Below, piece by piece: positions 48,100 through 56,578 of a stretch of DNA of 64,000 nt. The notes under the pieces were generated by a model. That model saw only the letters and a list, made by a program, of their open reading frames with translations. It had not been told where the DNA came from and searched no databases. The stretch covers positions 323-64,322 of the IMG/VR virus record IMGVR_UViG_3300014501_000017, one strand, 5' to 3'. Positions within the stretch are counted from its first letter, which is position 1, and the number at the start of each line of letters is the position of its first letter. This DNA is from a virus (lineage: Duplodnaviria > Caudoviricetes). A program made the translations under genes and the position numbers.

Positions 48100-48420
48100 A
48101 TGGATATTAATCAATTATGTAAAGATTCGTGGGGTTATCAACAGGAAAAGGGTTTCGATACTCGGACTGTTGGTGAAGATATTGCACTCATGCATTCGGA
48201 GTTATCTGAGGCTCTTGAGGAACATAGAAGTGGTCATCCTAATGCAGAAGTATATTTTCATGAAAGAAAGCCAGAGGGAATTCCAATTGAATTGGCTGAT
48301 GTTGTAATACGGATTGCTGCATTTTGTGGTCAGTATAATATTGATTTGGCAAATGCTATCGAGACTAAGATTGCATATAATTTGACCCGTCCATATAAGC
48401 ATGGTGGAAAAATAATTTAA
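48100..48420 (+). CDS. MazG-like NTP pyrophosphohydrolase
   Basis: ALMHSELSEALEE.R, ELADVVIR, K..YN.TRPYKHG; SD GAGGT before ATG 48100. Confidence 0.85.
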   Translation: MDINQLCKDSWGYQQEKGFDTRTVGEDIALMHSELSEALEEHRSGHPNAEVYFHERKPEGIPIELADVVIRIAAFCGQYNIDLANAIETKIAYNLTRPYKHGGKII

Positions 48421-48668
48421 TGTGGCCGATTAGTTTAGCAAGAAAGACAACCAAACTTGATCCTCTTTGGTATTTAGAGACATTTGCTAATTCAGCTTTA
48501 TTGGATGTGGTTAGACTTCATCTTCCTGAGTTGATTGGGAGACAAATAATAGAAGTTCAACCAATGTCAGCAGAGGCCGGTAGCATTTATAATATGAAAT
48601 TTTCTTGGAATGAATTACCTTGGTGGAAGAGGTTATATTACTATTATGCAAATAAGCGGTCGGTATAG
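48420..48668 (+). CDS. 82-aa protein containing a gp23 (Gol-region)-like segment
   Basis: LLDVVRLHLPELIGRQIIEVQPMSAEAGSIYNMK aligns without gaps to gp23 LISLVRRAMPNLIAYDICGVQPMSGPTGLIFAMR. Confidence 0.7.
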   Translation: MWPISLARKTTKLDPLWYLETFANSALLDVVRLHLPELIGRQIIEVQPMSAEAGSIYNMKFSWNELPWWKRLYYYYANKRSV

Positions 48669-48680
48669 TTCAACAGGAAG

Positions 48681-48713
48681 ATAAATAGATTAGAGGCAAT
48701 TATGATCTATTTA
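48681..48713 (+). promoter_or_regulatory. Late promoter overlapping an RBS/AUG-sequestering hairpin
   Basis: ATAAATA at 48681-48687; stem TAAATAGATTA (48682-48692)/TGATCTATTTA (48703-48713); loop holds GAGG. Confidence 0.75.
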
Positions 48714-49271
48714 ATAACTAATAAAATAAACGGAAAACGATATGTAGGAAAGGCAAAAAATCTTAAGGCTAGATGGTATCAGCATTGTTGGAGTTCTAAA
48801 AATAGTTCCCAAACATATATACATCGAGCTATAAGAAAATATGGAAAGCGCAATTTTAAAATAGATTTTGTCTGTGAGGGTTATGATAAAGAAGAAGTTG
48901 AACAGGTAGCGTTGTTATTGCCAGAATATAATATGACAATTGGCGGTGATGGCGGAGATACTTCCAAATCTCCAAATTATAAAACAGCAATCCAGTTGCG
49001 TGATATGTCTGGCAAAAATAATCCAATGTGGGGAAAATTTGGAAAGGATAATCCAAATTTTGGACAAATTAGAGGCAAGACTCCAAAAATTAGTGAAGGT
49101 AAGTCAAAACAAAAATGGAAAATAATAACTCCAGAAGGAAAAACATTAATTGTTTGTAATTTAGAAAAGTTTTGTAATGATCTAGGATTTAGTGATTCAA
49201 CTCATATGTATGCTGTTGCTAAAGGAAAACGTAATCATCATATGGGATACAAAGTGAAGAAATGGAGATAA
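48702..49271 (+). mobile_element. Free-standing GIY-YIG homing endonuclease (NUMOD3 motifs)
   Basis: MIYLITNKINGKRYVG.....RW..H, AIRKYG..NF, EYNMT.GGDGG, G.NNPMWGK. Confidence 0.9.
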
Positions 49272-49275
49272 TATT

Positions 49276-50214
49276 ATGTTGGGTGAAGAGTTTTTATTTA
49301 CGGAGAAATATCGACCACATAAGGTAAAGGATATTATACTTCCTAAGACCTTGGCTACAATATTCCAAAAGTTTGTAGATCAGAAGAATGTTCCTAATCT
49401 ATTACTTACTGGTAAATCTGGTGTAGGCAAGACAACCGTGGCAATGGCGGTTCTTGATGAATTAGATTGTGATTATCTTATTATCAATGCTAGTGAAGAT
49501 AGAAACATAGATGTTCTAAGAACTAAGGTTCAACAATTTGCAACATCAGTTTCGTTTTCTGGTGGACGTAAGTATGTAATTTTTGATGAGGCTGATTATC
49601 TTAATGCAACTTCAACCCAACCTGCTCTTAGAAATTTCATGGAAAAATATGCTAGTAATTGTGGATATATTTTCACCTGTAATTTTAAGAACAGAATTGT
49701 CGATGCCCTACAGGATAGATGTGCAGTAATTGATTTTAAGATTGAAAAGGCCGATGCTCCAGAGATTGCAAAGAGATACTTTATTGTTGCACAGGAAATA
49801 CTGACTAAGGAAAAGATTGATTTTGAACCAAAGGCGGTTGCATCTCTTATTTCAAAACATTTTCCATCTTTTCGTAGGGTGTTGAATGAGTTACAGACTT
49901 ATTCAGCAACTGGTAGAATTGATACTGGTATTCTAGCTAATCTAACCGAAGAATCATTTAAGAAGTTGGTGACATTTCTTAAGGAAAAGAATTTTACCGA
50001 GTTACGTAAATGGGTAGGAACGGTTGATCCAGATGATACTGAGTTATTTCGTAAGTTATATGATACGGCGACAGAACATTTACAACCAGTAAGTGTTCCT
50101 GCATTGATTCTTATAATTGCAAAGTATCAGTATCAATCAGCATTTGTAGCAGACCATCAGATTAATGTGGTTGCCTGTTTAGTTGAGATTATGATGGAAT
50201 GTAGTTTTAGATAA
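49276..50214 (+). CDS. gp44: Clamp loader large subunit gp44
   Basis: EKYRP, GKSGVGKTT, INAS, DEADYL, Q.ALR.FME, CN. Confidence 0.96.
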   Translation: MLGEEFLFTEKYRPHKVKDIILPKTLATIFQKFVDQKNVPNLLLTGKSGVGKTTVAMAVLDELDCDYLIINASEDRNIDVLRTKVQQFATSVSFSGGRKYVIFDEADYLNATSTQPALRNFMEKYASNCGYIFTCNFKNRIVDALQDRCAVIDFKIEKADAPEIAKRYFIVAQEILTKEKIDFEPKAVASLISKHFPSFRRVLNELQTYSATGRIDTGILANLTEESFKKLVTFLKEKNFTELRKWVGTVDPDDTELFRKLYDTATEHLQPVSVPALILIIAKYQYQSAFVADHQINVVACLVEIMMECSFR

Positions 50215-50225
50215 TGAGGTTGTAT

Positions 50226-50393
50226 ATGCGTAAATTTGGTAGGATATTTTTATCTATATTTTTATACATGATAGCAGGATATCAAGGTGCCTATGGACAA
50301 TGGTTAATAGCATTTATGGTATTTGCGATGGCATTAGTATTATTTGATGATAGGATGTTTGAAAGTGAAGCAGAAAAAAACCACACCATTTGA
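50226..50393 (+). CDS. 55-aa membrane peptide between gp44 and gp62 (not in ORF track)
   Basis: MRKFGRIFLSIFLYMIAGYQGAYGQWLIAFMVFAMALVLF...; SD GAGGT; two hydrophobic segments. Confidence 0.6.
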   Translation: MRKFGRIFLSIFLYMIAGYQGAYGQWLIAFMVFAMALVLFDDRMFESEAEKNHTI

Positions 50394-50754
50394 TTTCATT
50401 AATTCGATATCTTTAACTAAACAGGAGATTTTTAACGATGAAAATGAATCCGCATATGTACCATTCATTGTTAATCGCGGTCTTTCTTATTTTATCGATA
50501 CGTGTTTATATGCGAATGAAATGAACATGTCGGCTGTTATTGATAAAAAACTCCAGTATGATTATTTGTTTTATTCTATTCGAAAGGGAAAACGATTTAG
50601 TCGATGGGCCAAGGCTGAAAGTAACGAAGACCTAAATATTGTCAAGGAATATTACGGTTTTAGTGACAAAAAGGCAGTAGAAGCAATGGCAATTTTGTCG
50701 AAAAGTAATATTCAATTTATTAAAAATGAACTTGAAAAGGGTATGACGACATGA
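50365..50754 (+). CDS. gp62: Clamp loader small subunit gp62
   Basis: PFDFINSI, Y.PFIVNRGLS...D...ANEMN, QYD.L...IRK.KRFS.W.K, KEYYG.S..KA; probable GTG start. Confidence 0.92.
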   Translation: MKQKKTTPFDFINSISLTKQEIFNDENESAYVPFIVNRGLSYFIDTCLYANEMNMSAVIDKKLQYDYLFYSIRKGKRFSRWAKAESNEDLNIVKEYYGFSDKKAVEAMAILSKSNIQFIKNELEKGMTT

Positions 50755-51152
50755 GTTCTGAAATTTTTAGTGGCTATGGTGTGGAAGTAACGTTGCCTAC
50801 CGAAGACAACTTCCTCAAGGTAAAAGAGACATTAACTAGAATTGGGGTTGCATCACGTAAAGATAAAACCTTATTTCAGAGTGTCCATATATTGCATAAG
50901 CGTGGACATTATGCTATTATTCATTTTAAGGAATTATTTGCCCTTGATGGCAAACCATCAGATTTTTCTGATGAAGACAAGGGACGCCGAAATACAATTG
51001 CTAAATTATTGGCTGATTGGGGATTGGTTAAAATCGTAGAGGGACAGGTTCTTGAACCAATGGCCTCTTTAAATCGCATCAAAATTCTTTCTTTTTCTGA
51101 AAAGAATGATTGGAGTTTGCAGGCAAAGTACCAGATTGGAAAGAAAATTTAG
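50751..51152 (+). CDS. regA: Translational repressor RegA
   Basis: FLKVKETLTRIGVASRKDK.L.QS.HILHKRG.Y.I.HFKELFALDGK, RRNTIA.LL.DWGL. Confidence 0.97.
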   Translation: MSSEIFSGYGVEVTLPTEDNFLKVKETLTRIGVASRKDKTLFQSVHILHKRGHYAIIHFKELFALDGKPSDFSDEDKGRRNTIAKLLADWGLVKIVEGQVLEPMASLNRIKILSFSEKNDWSLQAKYQIGKKI

Positions 51153-51156
51153 GGTA

Positions 51157-51185
51157 TTGACTTATTAAATAAATTCGTGTAGAAT
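51157..51185 (+). promoter_or_regulatory. sigma70-type promoter
   Basis: TTGACT-N17-TAGAAT in the intergenic gap. Confidence 0.7.
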
Positions 51186-51207
51186 AATATGAACAAGTGA
51201 GGTTATT

Positions 51208-51810
51208 ATGGGATTAAAAAAAGTTACAGAAACGATTGAAGGCAAGATTGTACATTTTCTCGATGTTGAAGAACATATGGTTGAAAATGTAGTAAAGCTT
51301 ATCAAATCTATGGTCTCGCGCGATGTTCCACTTAAGAGCATTGTCGAGAAAATGGAAAAGATGAACATGAAGACTGAGGTTGAGGGGGAGACTCCAACTG
51401 TTACACCGGCTGGACCCGTTACCGAAATTGTTGTAGAAAGTGGCAATATTCCTGGAGATGTTCTGTTTGAACCAGAAAGTTCTGAAAAGAAAACAGCAGG
51501 AAAAGCTAAAAAGCGTGCAGCAGGGAAAGCTAAAACTGGTGCAAAGAAAGTGACTAAGGCTCCAAAGAAGGTCAAGAAGACTACTAAGTCTAAGACTCCT
51601 TCAACTGGAAAGAAGCGTGGTCGCCAGCCAAATCTTGAAAAGCAGACCAAGGCTTTTGAATTGATTCGTTCAATGAAGGCTGATGGTAAGGATGTTAATG
51701 CTATTGTTAATGCTGGAATGAAGTTGTTTACTAAGTCATATCCAGATAAGCCACCTTGCTCATATCCAAATTTCTATTATTACTTGAATCTTTATAAGAG
51801 AAGCAAGTAA
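51208..51810 (+). CDS. Lys/Ala-rich basic protein, possibly DNA binding
   Basis: KKTAGKAKKRAAGKAKTGAKK...KKRGRQP segment. Confidence 0.6.
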   Translation: MGLKKVTETIEGKIVHFLDVEEHMVENVVKLIKSMVSRDVPLKSIVEKMEKMNMKTEVEGETPTVTPAGPVTEIVVESGNIPGDVLFEPESSEKKTAGKAKKRAAGKAKTGAKKVTKAPKKVKKTTKSKTPSTGKKRGRQPNLEKQTKAFELIRSMKADGKDVNAIVNAGMKLFTKSYPDKPPCSYPNFYYYLNLYKRSK

Positions 51811-51822
51811 ACAGGAGAATAT

Positions 51823-52182
51823 ATGCGTACATTTTTTGCAGTGATTGGTGGATTTTTAGCATTTATAATGTTACTGGTATTTTTGGCTGCGTTAGGTTTT
51901 TTTGGCAGCTATTATGATTTGGCTATGTATCGTTATTTTGCTCCGCGTACTGAGGCTGTAAAGCGTCAGGTGTTTGAGAATACCCCTTCTTATCAGTTGG
52001 GAAATGTTCAGACTTTACGTGACCTACAGGCTCAGTATGTTACGGCTGATAAGTCTGGAAAAGCGGCTCTTGGTTCTGTAGTATTACATGAAGCCGGTAA
52101 TGTATCAAATGAAAGTACATTACCATTGGATGTACAAGAGTTTCTAGCACAGGTAAGAAAAGACCGAGCAGCAGACTATTAA
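51823..52182 (+). CDS. Membrane-anchored hypothetical phage protein
   Basis: N-terminal TM helix; FAP..E.V.R.VFE.T.SY..G motif. Confidence 0.65.
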   Translation: MRTFFAVIGGFLAFIMLLVFLAALGFFGSYYDLAMYRYFAPRTEAVKRQVFENTPSYQLGNVQTLRDLQAQYVTADKSGKAALGSVVLHEAGNVSNESTLPLDVQEFLAQVRKDRAADY

Positions 52183-52208
52183 ACCGATTTTGAAATAGGA
52201 GATTTATT

Positions 52209-52727
52209 ATGAGATTACGTACTTTTATGAGTGTTGTTGGGTTGGCTTCGGTGTTCATGATTTGTCAGGCTGATTCTTGTTCTGCCCCGCCAACTAGTGA
52301 TGAGATTCAGGCCAATAGTCAAGAACAGGTTCTTAAGGAAGCCGTAGCAGAAGTTGGTGTTCCTAAGATTACTCATTTCCGAGAAATGAAGGTTTACAAG
52401 GATATTCTTGAAATGCGCGATGACCCGAAGTTGATTACTTATACGTATTATTTTAATGAGATGACAGGTAAGATTGGGGATTTGGTATGTCAGTCTATTG
52501 GATACCCAATTCCCGGTGCGACACAATTTACCAGTCCACAAAAGCTTCAATGGGCACATGATGGTGGAAATGGTTTTGCCGTAGTTCCTCAAGCAGACCC
52601 TAATGGGTTGTTTTCACCGTCAAACGAAGATGCTACATGGGTTTTATGTAAAGATCCTAATAGCGATAATGTAGCTCCAATGTATGTAGAACCAAAGGTT
52701 ATTGCTTCGCAATGGAAGCTTAAGTAA
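52209..52727 (+). CDS. Exported/lipoprotein-like phage protein
   Basis: Signal-like N-terminus ending ADSC; SIGYPIP..TQ.T.P, PQADPNGLF.P....TWV.C, P.YVEP. Confidence 0.65.
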   Translation: MRLRTFMSVVGLASVFMICQADSCSAPPTSDEIQANSQEQVLKEAVAEVGVPKITHFREMKVYKDILEMRDDPKLITYTYYFNEMTGKIGDLVCQSIGYPIPGATQFTSPQKLQWAHDGGNGFAVVPQADPNGLFSPSNEDATWVLCKDPNSDNVAPMYVEPKVIASQWKLK

Positions 52728-52921
52728 TGATTGATGCTAGAGAAGTTAAGCAGCAGCTTAAGCTGATTAAAGAAATGGCCTCTGATAAGGACGAGAAGGT
52801 TAAAGCCAAAGCCGCTCCTGCTTATCAGAGGCTTCAAAATATTGTTTTTGATGATTTATCAAAGACCGGAGATCAGAGAGTACGATTGATAATGAAACTG
52901 ATGTTTGAGTTTAAATTATGA
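52727..52921 (+). CDS. Hypothetical protein
   Basis: Coupled 64-aa ORF. Confidence 0.5.
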   Translation: MIDAREVKQQLKLIKEMASDKDEKVKAKAAPAYQRLQNIVFDDLSKTGDQRVRLIMKLMFEFKL

Positions 52922-53517
52922 GTTGGATAAACAAAGATAGACCAGGATTTTTCGGACGTAATCGTGATAAGATAATTGCAGGTTATAATCAAGAATATGG
53001 CGAAGGTTTGTGGCGATTGATGTTGGCGGCGGTTCCTGATGATGGATATTCAGCTACAGTTATGTATGATTTTGAGAGTGCTTGTAAATCATTTTATGAG
53101 TATTCTTATTATGAATATCTTAGAGACCATGTAGAAATGGTTGATGAATTATGTAAGTATTCAGAGTGCTATGATAATGCAGAAACCAATGTCAAGAGCG
53201 GGTTTGATTATACTGTTCAGGAAGCATTCTCTACTCATATTCAGGATATTGCAGTTAGGAATGCATTAAAGAGACTTGGAAGAAGTTTTGCCAAAGAAGG
53301 ACCGTTACTTAAAATAAGAGGCGGCGCAGTTTCAATTGGCGGAACTATGAATCTAGGAGAAGCACTATCACCAGCTAATGTTCCTTATCATGATGTTGGT
53401 GATATAATTCAACCATCAAAGTGTCCAATATGGGCTAATGAGGGTAGTGTTGAGGATTTTTGGCAGTCTAATAAAGTGTTGCAAGTGAAAGTTGATGATT
53501 TGTTTGGAGAGAAGTAA
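52918..53517 (+). CDS. Hypothetical protein
   Basis: ATGA overlap, 199 aa; H.QDIA.R and GSVEDFWQSNK look like conserved motifs but no family recognised. Confidence 0.6.
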   Translation: MSWINKDRPGFFGRNRDKIIAGYNQEYGEGLWRLMLAAVPDDGYSATVMYDFESACKSFYEYSYYEYLRDHVEMVDELCKYSECYDNAETNVKSGFDYTVQEAFSTHIQDIAVRNALKRLGRSFAKEGPLLKIRGGAVSIGGTMNLGEALSPANVPYHDVGDIIQPSKCPIWANEGSVEDFWQSNKVLQVKVDDLFGEK

Positions 53518-53557
53518 TTCCTTAAAAATGATTGAGTATGTAAAGAGGTTTATTTAG

Positions 53558-54133
53558 ATGGTAAATATCTTTTTTGCCAGTGATCATCATTTCGGTCACG
53601 AAAATACATTTTTGAAGTTCAAGCGTGAGGATGGTGTGACTCCTCTACGTCCGTTTACGTCTGTCGATGAAATGAACCAGACTATGATTCAGAAGCATAA
53701 TGCTGTTGTAAAACCAGAAGACCATGTGTATTTTGGTGGTGATTTTGTTATTAACAAGAAGTATCTTTGGATAGCAAGACAGCTAAACGGTCATAAACGT
53801 ATTGTTCTTGGAAATAATGATATATTTCCAGTTGAAATGTATCTTGAGGCCGGATTCGAGAAGATAGCAGGATATCGTGTATTCGTTGATGATTTCATTT
53901 TGTCTCATATTCCTCTTCGTGAGGATAATGTGACACAGAGATTTCATTGTAATGTTCATGGTCATATCCATGCAAATTTCATAAATGACCCTAGATATCT
54001 TTGTATTTGTGTAGAGCATACAAATTATGCTCCACTTCATATGGATGAAGTTAGAGAACGTATTAAGAATAACATTCGATCTTTTAATCAGACTGGACAG
54101 GTAATTGATTATAGGGCTAAATTGAATGGTTAA
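53558..54133 (+). CDS. Calcineurin-like metallophosphoesterase
   Basis: SDHHFGH, GGD, GNND, LSH.P, NVHGHIH. Confidence 0.88.
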   Translation: MVNIFFASDHHFGHENTFLKFKREDGVTPLRPFTSVDEMNQTMIQKHNAVVKPEDHVYFGGDFVINKKYLWIARQLNGHKRIVLGNNDIFPVEMYLEAGFEKIAGYRVFVDDFILSHIPLREDNVTQRFHCNVHGHIHANFINDPRYLCICVEHTNYAPLHMDEVRERIKNNIRSFNQTGQVIDYRAKLNG

Positions 54134-54160
54134 TAAATATTCATGAGGTAACTCATGGAT
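54133..54160 (+). promoter_or_regulatory. Late promoter plus hairpin sequestering the lysozyme RBS/AUG
   Basis: ATAAATA at 54133-54139; stem ATTCATGAG/CTCATGGAT with GTAA loop covers GAGGT and the ATG at 54155. Confidence 0.78.
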
Positions 54161-54640
54161 TCATTTACATTAATTTCAGGTCACGAAGGATTACAATTAC
54201 ACGTTTATAAGGATACTGATGGCTCTGATACTATTGGTTATGGTTTTCATCTTGATACATTAACAGTTAGTCAGAAAGTCATGTTATCTACTAATCATGG
54301 TGGAAACTGGCAGAATATCTATCACACAGGTATTACTTCGGACGAAGCAACGTCTTTATTAAAAGATAGAATTGAAGAAATATCTAGTTGGCTTGATGAG
54401 ACATTTCCTTGGTATAGAAAATTATCACAAACCCGTCAATCTGTTCTTATGGATATGACATATGAGATGGGTGAGGGAAGTTCGTCTAAAGGAACTGGAA
54501 TTTTTGGATTTAAGCATTTTCTAGCATCTATGGCTCAGGGTGATTGGGAAGGTGCGGTAAAGCAAATGGAAAGTTCTCATTGGGCCGGTCAGGTTCGGGA
54601 GAGAGAACAAGAGGATGCATTATTGATTTTACAAGGATAA
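54155..54640 (+). CDS. Phage lysozyme (GH24, T4 e-like)
   Basis: HEG....YKD..G..TIGYG with E-x8-D-x5-T triad; RQ.VL.DM, F.....A..G.W..A...M..S.W..QV. Confidence 0.88.
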   Translation: MDSFTLISGHEGLQLHVYKDTDGSDTIGYGFHLDTLTVSQKVMLSTNHGGNWQNIYHTGITSDEATSLLKDRIEEISSWLDETFPWYRKLSQTRQSVLMDMTYEMGEGSSSKGTGIFGFKHFLASMAQGDWEGAVKQMESSHWAGQVREREQEDALLILQG

Positions 54641-54641
54641 T

Positions 54642-55019
54642 ATGATTAAAATTATATCATGGCTTACTCCGACAAAAGCAAAAAACTGGAATCGTAGAAT
54701 ATATAAACAGAAAAATCTTTCTTTTAATCTTGCCAGTTTTACTATTAGTGATAATCCAGTAGAAAGATTTTATGTCTATTCAGATATGGATTCCTTACAT
54801 TCAATTGAAAATATTGTTGGTAAGGTTGGAGTGGTTGATTATAGACCAGATGGTTTATGGATAGATGTTGAATGGATTCCTACACAGACTGGTAAAAATT
54901 GTGTTGAAGGTTTAGAAACTGGATTTTATGGTATAAAACCATTTGGTTATGGTAAATCAGATGCCACTGGTTACGTTACCGAATTTCAATTGAGGGGATT
55001 TGCATTGACTGCTAGATAG
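54642..55019 (+). CDS. Degenerate gp21 prohead-protease-like protein
   Basis: N.N.R.Y, W.D, T..GK, G...G.G, V.EF.L collinear with gp21; the GELGHP and SSR motifs are missing. Confidence 0.55.
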   Translation: MIKIISWLTPTKAKNWNRRIYKQKNLSFNLASFTISDNPVERFYVYSDMDSLHSIENIVGKVGVVDYRPDGLWIDVEWIPTQTGKNCVEGLETGFYGIKPFGYGKSDATGYVTEFQLRGFALTAR

Positions 55020-55028
55020 TGATATACT
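55000..55028 (+). promoter_or_regulatory. sigma70-type promoter of gp43A, predicted leaderless
   Basis: TTGCAT-N17-TATACT with TG extension; ATG 6 nt downstream; no SD. Confidence 0.65.
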
Positions 55029-55034
55029 TATATT

Positions 55035-56552
55035 ATGGCTAATTTTTATACTAATGTATGCATGTTGAAAGGAAAGATTCTTGTTAGAGCCATTAAAGAT
55101 GGTAAACGAGTTTCTTATTCAGTTAATTATCGTCCATATCTTTTCATGCCTGCTAAGGGCAAACAAACAAAATTTAAAACAATTCGTGGTGGTTCTGTCG
55201 ATAAGATCGATTTTGAGAATCATTGGGCAATGAAGCAATTCATTGACAGATACAAGGATATTCAGGATTTTGAATATTATGGGATGACGATGCCCATATA
55301 CACCTTCATTAACGATAACACTCCTTCTTCGATTAAATATAATGCCGATGAAATTCGTGTAGTATCACTTGATATTGAAGTAGATACCAAAGATGGGTTT
55401 CCAAATCTCAATCCAGCGGGTGCCTCTTATGGAACCAATTATGCCAATAAAGAAATAACTGTTATTGGTCTTAGAAGCAGAGGAAAAAATCTGGTTTTTG
55501 GAACTAAACCTTATAAAACATCCGATCAAAATACAACATACATGCAGTGTGAGAATGAAGCAGAAATGTTGAAGGATTTCCTTATTGTTTGGAATGATAA
55601 GGATTTCTGGCAACCTGATATTGTAACTGGTTGGAACGTAGGTGGATTTGATATACCATACTTAGTTCGTCGTATTGAAAAGGTAATTGGAGAGAAGTAT
55701 GCTAAGATGTTATCTCCATGGAGAAATTATACATTTAGAGAATATCAGGCCGGATTTGGCCATACCCAGATAGAGTATGACTTGTATGGTATTGCTGTAT
55801 TAGATTATATGGCTCTATACAAGAAGTTTTCTTTTACTCCACAAGAATCTTATAAGCTTGATACTGTAGCTCAATCAGAACTTAAAGAAGGAAAACGTAG
55901 CTATTCCCAATATAAGAATATGCAGGAATTCTATGAGAAAGATTATCAAGGATTTATTGATTATAACATTCAGGATAACGTTCTAGTAGATAAGCTTGAA
56001 GAGAAGAAAGGATTCATTAAACTTGTAATGGCCATGGCCTATGATGCCAAGATTAATTTCAAGGATTGTTTCACTCCTACTCGTGTATGGGATGTTATTA
56101 TCCATAATCATCTTTTTGCACAAGGAATTGTAGTTCCTAGAATGAAAGACCCAGAAGGTGGTTCTATTGAAGGTGCCTACGTTAAGGAACCTATTAAGGG
56201 ATTACATAAGTGGGTAGTATCGTTCGATTTAAATTCACTTTATCCTCATTTGATTCAGATGTATAATATTTCTCCTGAAACTTTTATAGGTAGTACTGAT
56301 CGTAGATTATCAGTTGAAGATGTACTTGATGGAGAATTTAATAATCCAATATACAAGAAGTATTATGATAAGGGTTATACCATAGCTACTCCCGGTCATA
56401 TCTTCGATAAGAAGACTGTAGGGTTCCTTCCTACTATTATGAAGAAAATGTATGATGATAGAGTAGTATGGAAGAAACAGATGATTGAAGAGAAAAAGGA
56501 AATTCAATTAATAGAAGAAGAAATGAAAAAGAGGGGTATAAATATATCATAA
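55035..56552 (+). CDS. gp43: DNA polymerase subunit gp43A (exonuclease + motif A)
   Basis: SLDIE, TGWN...FDIPY, SYKLD.VA, YN..D, GAYVKEP, SFDLNSLYP....YNISPET; ends in a fingers coiled-coil. Confidence 0.95.
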   Translation: MANFYTNVCMLKGKILVRAIKDGKRVSYSVNYRPYLFMPAKGKQTKFKTIRGGSVDKIDFENHWAMKQFIDRYKDIQDFEYYGMTMPIYTFINDNTPSSIKYNADEIRVVSLDIEVDTKDGFPNLNPAGASYGTNYANKEITVIGLRSRGKNLVFGTKPYKTSDQNTTYMQCENEAEMLKDFLIVWNDKDFWQPDIVTGWNVGGFDIPYLVRRIEKVIGEKYAKMLSPWRNYTFREYQAGFGHTQIEYDLYGIAVLDYMALYKKFSFTPQESYKLDTVAQSELKEGKRSYSQYKNMQEFYEKDYQGFIDYNIQDNVLVDKLEEKKGFIKLVMAMAYDAKINFKDCFTPTRVWDVIIHNHLFAQGIVVPRMKDPEGGSIEGAYVKEPIKGLHKWVVSFDLNSLYPHLIQMYNISPETFIGSTDRRLSVEDVLDGEFNNPIYKKYYDKGYTIATPGHIFDKKTVGFLPTIMKKMYDDRVVWKKQMIEEKKEIQLIEEEMKKRGINIS

Positions 56553-56578
56553 ATACTCATTGTATGGAGCAATAGTAT
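56537..56578 (+). promoter_or_regulatory. Late promoter(s) and RBS-sequestering hairpin of the polymerase-embedded endonuclease
   Basis: TATAAATA at 56537-56544 and ATAAATA at 56549-56555; ATACT-C-ATTG...CAAT-AGTAT stem encloses GGAG and reaches the ATG. Confidence 0.65.
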
